Assembly: GCA_963769025.1 (NCBI GenBank)
Contig: CAVYKI010000002.1
Coordinates: 382,364 to 446,363 of the forward strand
Source: an uncultured Verrucomicrobiae bacterium
GTDB taxonomy: Bacteria > Verrucomicrobiota > Verrucomicrobiia > Chthoniobacterales > Chthoniobacteraceae
DNA length: 64,000 nt
Reading direction: 5' to 3'
Under the pieces are notes generated by a model that saw nothing but the letters and a program-made list of their open reading frames with translations, was not told the origin of the DNA and ran no database searches. A program made the translations under genes and the position numbers. Of this stretch, positions 61,208 through 64,000 are shown one piece after another. Position 1 is the stretch's first letter. Each line of letters starts with the position of its first letter.

Positions 61208-62065
61208 TCACGAAAAGACGACCGTCTTGTTGCGATAGACGAGCACCTTGTTCATCACGTGCCACCAGAGCGCCTTTGACAGGACCGTCTTCTCCAGGTC
61301 GCGTCCCAGCCGCACGAGATCCTCCACGCTGTCCTCATGCGAGACGCTCATCACGTCCTGCTGGATGATCGGCCCCTCGTCGAGTTGCTCCGTCACGTAG
61401 TGGCTGGTCGCGCCGATGATTTTCACGCCGCGCTCGTAGGCCTGGTGGTATGGCCTCGCGCCCACGAACGCGGGCAGGAACGAGTGGTGGATGTTCAGGA
61501 CGCGATTCGGAAACGCCGCGACGAATTCCTTGCCGACGATCTGCATGTACCGCGCGAGCACGACGGTGTCCACGCGGTGACTTTCCAGCAGCGCGAGCTG
61601 CGCGGCCTCCTGCGCGTCGCGGTTTTCCTTCGTCATCGGGAAATGGTGGAACGGAATGCCGAACCGCTCGGCGGCGGTACGCAGTGCCTCGTGGTTGCTC
61701 ACGATGAGCGGGATGTCGGCAGGCAGCTCGCCGGCCTCGTGACGCGAGAGCAGGTCGTAGAGGCAGTGGCTTTCCTTCGAGACGAAAACTGCGATGCGCT
61801 TGCGCTCGCTGGAGAACTGCAGCCGCCACCACATGCCGCGCGCCTTTGCCATCGGCGCGATGTGAGAGGCGATCTCCGGCTTCGTGATGGTGAAATTTTC
61901 GAGTGACCACTCGACGCGCATGAAGAACACGTCGTCCTCGCGGTCGATGTGCTGCTCGAGGTCGAGGATGTTGCCGCCGTGTTCGAAGATGAAATGCGTC
62001 ACCGAGTGAACCAGCCCCGGCTGATCGGGGCAGTGAACGAGCAGGACGGCGGTGTCGGAGGGCAT
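61208..62065 (-). CDS. purU: formyltetrahydrofolate deformylase
   Basis: CPDQPGLV ACT domain, VSKESHCL, VLARYMQI, NIHHSFLPAF.GARPY, LDEGPII. Confidence 0.95.
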   Translation of the reverse strand: MPSDTAVLLVHCPDQPGLVHSVTHFIFEHGGNILDLEQHIDREDDVFFMRVEWSLENFTITKPEIASHIAPMAKARGMWWRLQFSSERKRIAVFVSKESHCLYDLLSRHEAGELPADIPLIVSNHEALRTAAERFGIPFHHFPMTKENRDAQEAAQLALLESHRVDTVVLARYMQIVGKEFVAAFPNRVLNIHHSFLPAFVGARPYHQAYERGVKIIGATSHYVTEQLDEGPIIQQDVMSVSHEDSVEDLVRLGRDLEKTVLSKALWWHVMNKVLVYRNKTVVFS

Positions 62066-62212
62066 CGGGGGAAGTCTTGGGCTCGCGCCGGTGCCTTGCA
62101 ACGCCGGAACGTGGCCCGGGGACGGCGGCGATTGACTGGCTATCCGATCTGCTGTTCTGTGCGCGGCCCCCGGATGCCGACCCGCTCCGCCGGGCAGACA
62201 ATCGAACCTGCC

Positions 62213-62986
62213 ATGCGTTTCGCCATTTCCCTGCTGATGCCCGTCTTCGCGCTGCTGCACCCCTTTGCATTTGCGCAGGACGGCAGCGCGGCGAAACCTG
62301 ATGGGAAGCCGGCAGCGCCGCCGGCGGAGGAGGACAAGGAGGGAAAAGGGGTGCGTTCCGAACTGCTCACGACCGGCCCCGGCGTGAAGCTCGGGTCGCT
62401 GCCGAGCCGGTACCAGTTCCTGCTGACGGAGGCGATGAAGCGGTTTCAGGCCCGCGACTTCAAGGGCGCGACAAACTACGTGGAGAGGGCGGACGAGATC
62501 CTGCCGCCCACGGCGTGGTCGCTGAATGTGCGCGGCGCGATCGCCATCGAGCAGCGCGACTTCGAGCGCGGCTACAAGTACTGCTCGGACGCGCTGAAGC
62601 TGGACCGTAATTTCTACCCGGCGCAATTCAACATCTGCGAGATCCCGTTTCTCATGGGGAAGTACGCCGAGGCGCGCGGCCTCTGGATGAAACTTTACGC
62701 GATGGTGAAGCCCGGCGAGATGTCCGGGGAACTGCTGACGTACCGCATTTTCCTGACCTATCTGCTGGAGGGCGACACCGCGCACGCGAAGGAGTGGCTG
62801 GAAAAGCTCCCGTTCCCTTCGCAGACTCCGGCCTACCAGTACGCCCACGCGGCATGGGCGCGGCAGCAGGGCGACATGGCAAAATGGGAGGACTGGATCC
62901 GCAGCGCCGCATACATCTGGCCCGAGGGAAAACGCTCGGAGTACGTGGATGTGCTGATCCAACTCGGCTGGATGAAACGGGAATGA
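62213..62986 (+). CDS. secreted TPR-like protein
   Basis: Signal peptide; TPR-like helices (LNVRGAI...ALKLD..FYPAQFN). Confidence 0.75.
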   Translation: MRFAISLLMPVFALLHPFAFAQDGSAAKPDGKPAAPPAEEDKEGKGVRSELLTTGPGVKLGSLPSRYQFLLTEAMKRFQARDFKGATNYVERADEILPPTAWSLNVRGAIAIEQRDFERGYKYCSDALKLDRNFYPAQFNICEIPFLMGKYAEARGLWMKLYAMVKPGEMSGELLTYRIFLTYLLEGDTAHAKEWLEKLPFPSQTPAYQYAHAAWARQQGDMAKWEDWIRSAAYIWPEGKRSEYVDVLIQLGWMKRE

Positions 62987-63037
62987 TGGCGCCTCCGCCG
63001 CGCGGTGCCCGGGCTTGCGCGACGGAGGAAAACGGCA

Positions 63038-63829
63038 ATGGCTGACTTCTTTCTCCGAGTTGCGCTGCAGCTGATCGAGCCGATGGGGCTGCTTTGGCTG
63101 GGGCTGATATTCCTCACGCTTCTGCTGCGCAGGCGCGGGCAGAAAATCCCGTACATCATCGCCGCGGCGCTCACTTTCCTCGTGACGATCCTCGGCGGCA
63201 CGGACCTCACCGCGTGGATGCTGGGCCGGCTCGAACGCCCGTGGACAGCGGTGAAGCTCATCGAACTCCCGGTGTGCGACGCCGTGGTGGTGCTGGGCGG
63301 CGGAGCGGATGCTTCGCGGCATGAAGTCGGCGGTGTGCGTCTCACAAAGGCAGGCGATCGAATCCTGACCGGCCTGGAACTCATGCGGTGGGGCCGCGCG
63401 CCAGCGATAGTCATCGGCGGCGGCATGGTGCGCGTGGATGACGTGGACAGGGTGGAAAGCGATTTGATCCGCACGCGCATCGGCGACTGGAAGCCGCCGT
63501 TCACGTGGGAAATCGTGAGCCTCGGTGCGGCGACCGACACCCACGACGAAGCGCTGCGCCTCGTGCCGCTCGCAAAGCAGCGCGGATGGAAGAAAATCCT
63601 CCTCGTCACCTCGGCGAACCACATGAACCGGGCCGCGTCCGTGTATCGCGCCGCCGGCTTCGAGGTCGTTCCCGCGCCGTGCAATTTCCTCGTCGCCGGA
63701 AGCCCGAATCCCCCCGGGTTCCGAATTGGGATTCCGAGCTGGAATGGGTTTGAGAAGTTCAGCATCTGGCTCCACGAGATCGCCGGCTGGGAGATCTATC
63801 GGCGCAGGGGCTGGCTGGACGTGCCGTAA
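63038..63829 (+). CDS. YdcF/ElyC (DUF218) family protein
   Basis: N-terminal TMs; VVVLGGG, DTHDEA, LLVTSANHM.RA, LHE..G. Confidence 0.88.
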   Translation: MADFFLRVALQLIEPMGLLWLGLIFLTLLLRRRGQKIPYIIAAALTFLVTILGGTDLTAWMLGRLERPWTAVKLIELPVCDAVVVLGGGADASRHEVGGVRLTKAGDRILTGLELMRWGRAPAIVIGGGMVRVDDVDRVESDLIRTRIGDWKPPFTWEIVSLGAATDTHDEALRLVPLAKQRGWKKILLVTSANHMNRAASVYRAAGFEVVPAPCNFLVAGSPNPPGFRIGIPSWNGFEKFSIWLHEIAGWEIYRRRGWLDVP

Positions 63830-63958
63830 ACGTTCCCACTCCTCCGCACCGACTGCAGTCTGTCATGGATTTTGCCTTCACGCGGAGGTGCGCACCTTTT
63901 GACAGAAAAAGTCATCCACGTGGCGTGCGCAGAACTGGACGGACCGATCGGGGGAAGC

Positions 63959-64000
63959 TGGAGCCAGAGAAGGGGATTGAACCCTTGACCTGCGGTTTAC
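63959..64000 (-). tRNA. tRNA-Thr (NGT), 3' half only, cut by the window edge
   Basis: Reverse complement GTAAACCGCAGGTCAAGGGTTCAATCCCCTTCTCTGGCTCCA: end of anticodon loop GTAA, T-arm, CCA. Confidence 0.8.

Noticed and set aside
5531..64000. Prophage or ICE bounded by tRNA-Arg and tRNA-Thr
   Set aside because: No integrase, phage or conjugation genes and no duplicated tRNA 3' end; the interval contains core genes (engB, rsgA, trpF, purU).

Overview
High-GC bacterial chromosomal window, most likely Verrucomicrobiota (Chthoniobacter-like). This is an inference from gene style: an autotransporter with passenger repeats, an RCC1/Delta-60 surface protein, an orphan secretin and a sulfatase. Many single-base frameshifts fall in normally intact genes (engB, trpF, putA, secretin, sulfatase), which points to long-read consensus errors, so gene boundaries near them are approximate. 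About 50 CDS, tRNA-Arg(UCG), the 3' half of a tRNA-Thr at the right edge, an ISL3 element, a MITE-like element and REP-like palindromes are supported. Two accessory zones stand out. (1) An islet after tRNA-Arg (5.5-10.5 kb) holds two copies, 700 bp apart, of an unannotated non-coding hairpin with a compensatory base-pair change and compensating indels. Each copy follows a recurrent CGATACATCCGC motif, making them candidate sibling sRNAs. The islet also has a perfect CRP/Rex-type palindrome and a LecA-like lectin. (2) A variable zone (39.2-44.1 kb) where small cargo genes (PIN TA, DUF3024, a truncated low-GC gene) alternate with duplicated 3' remnants of a pyridoxamine-oxidase-family gene and simple-repeat tracts. 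All family calls come from motif recognition by eye; no database searches were run.
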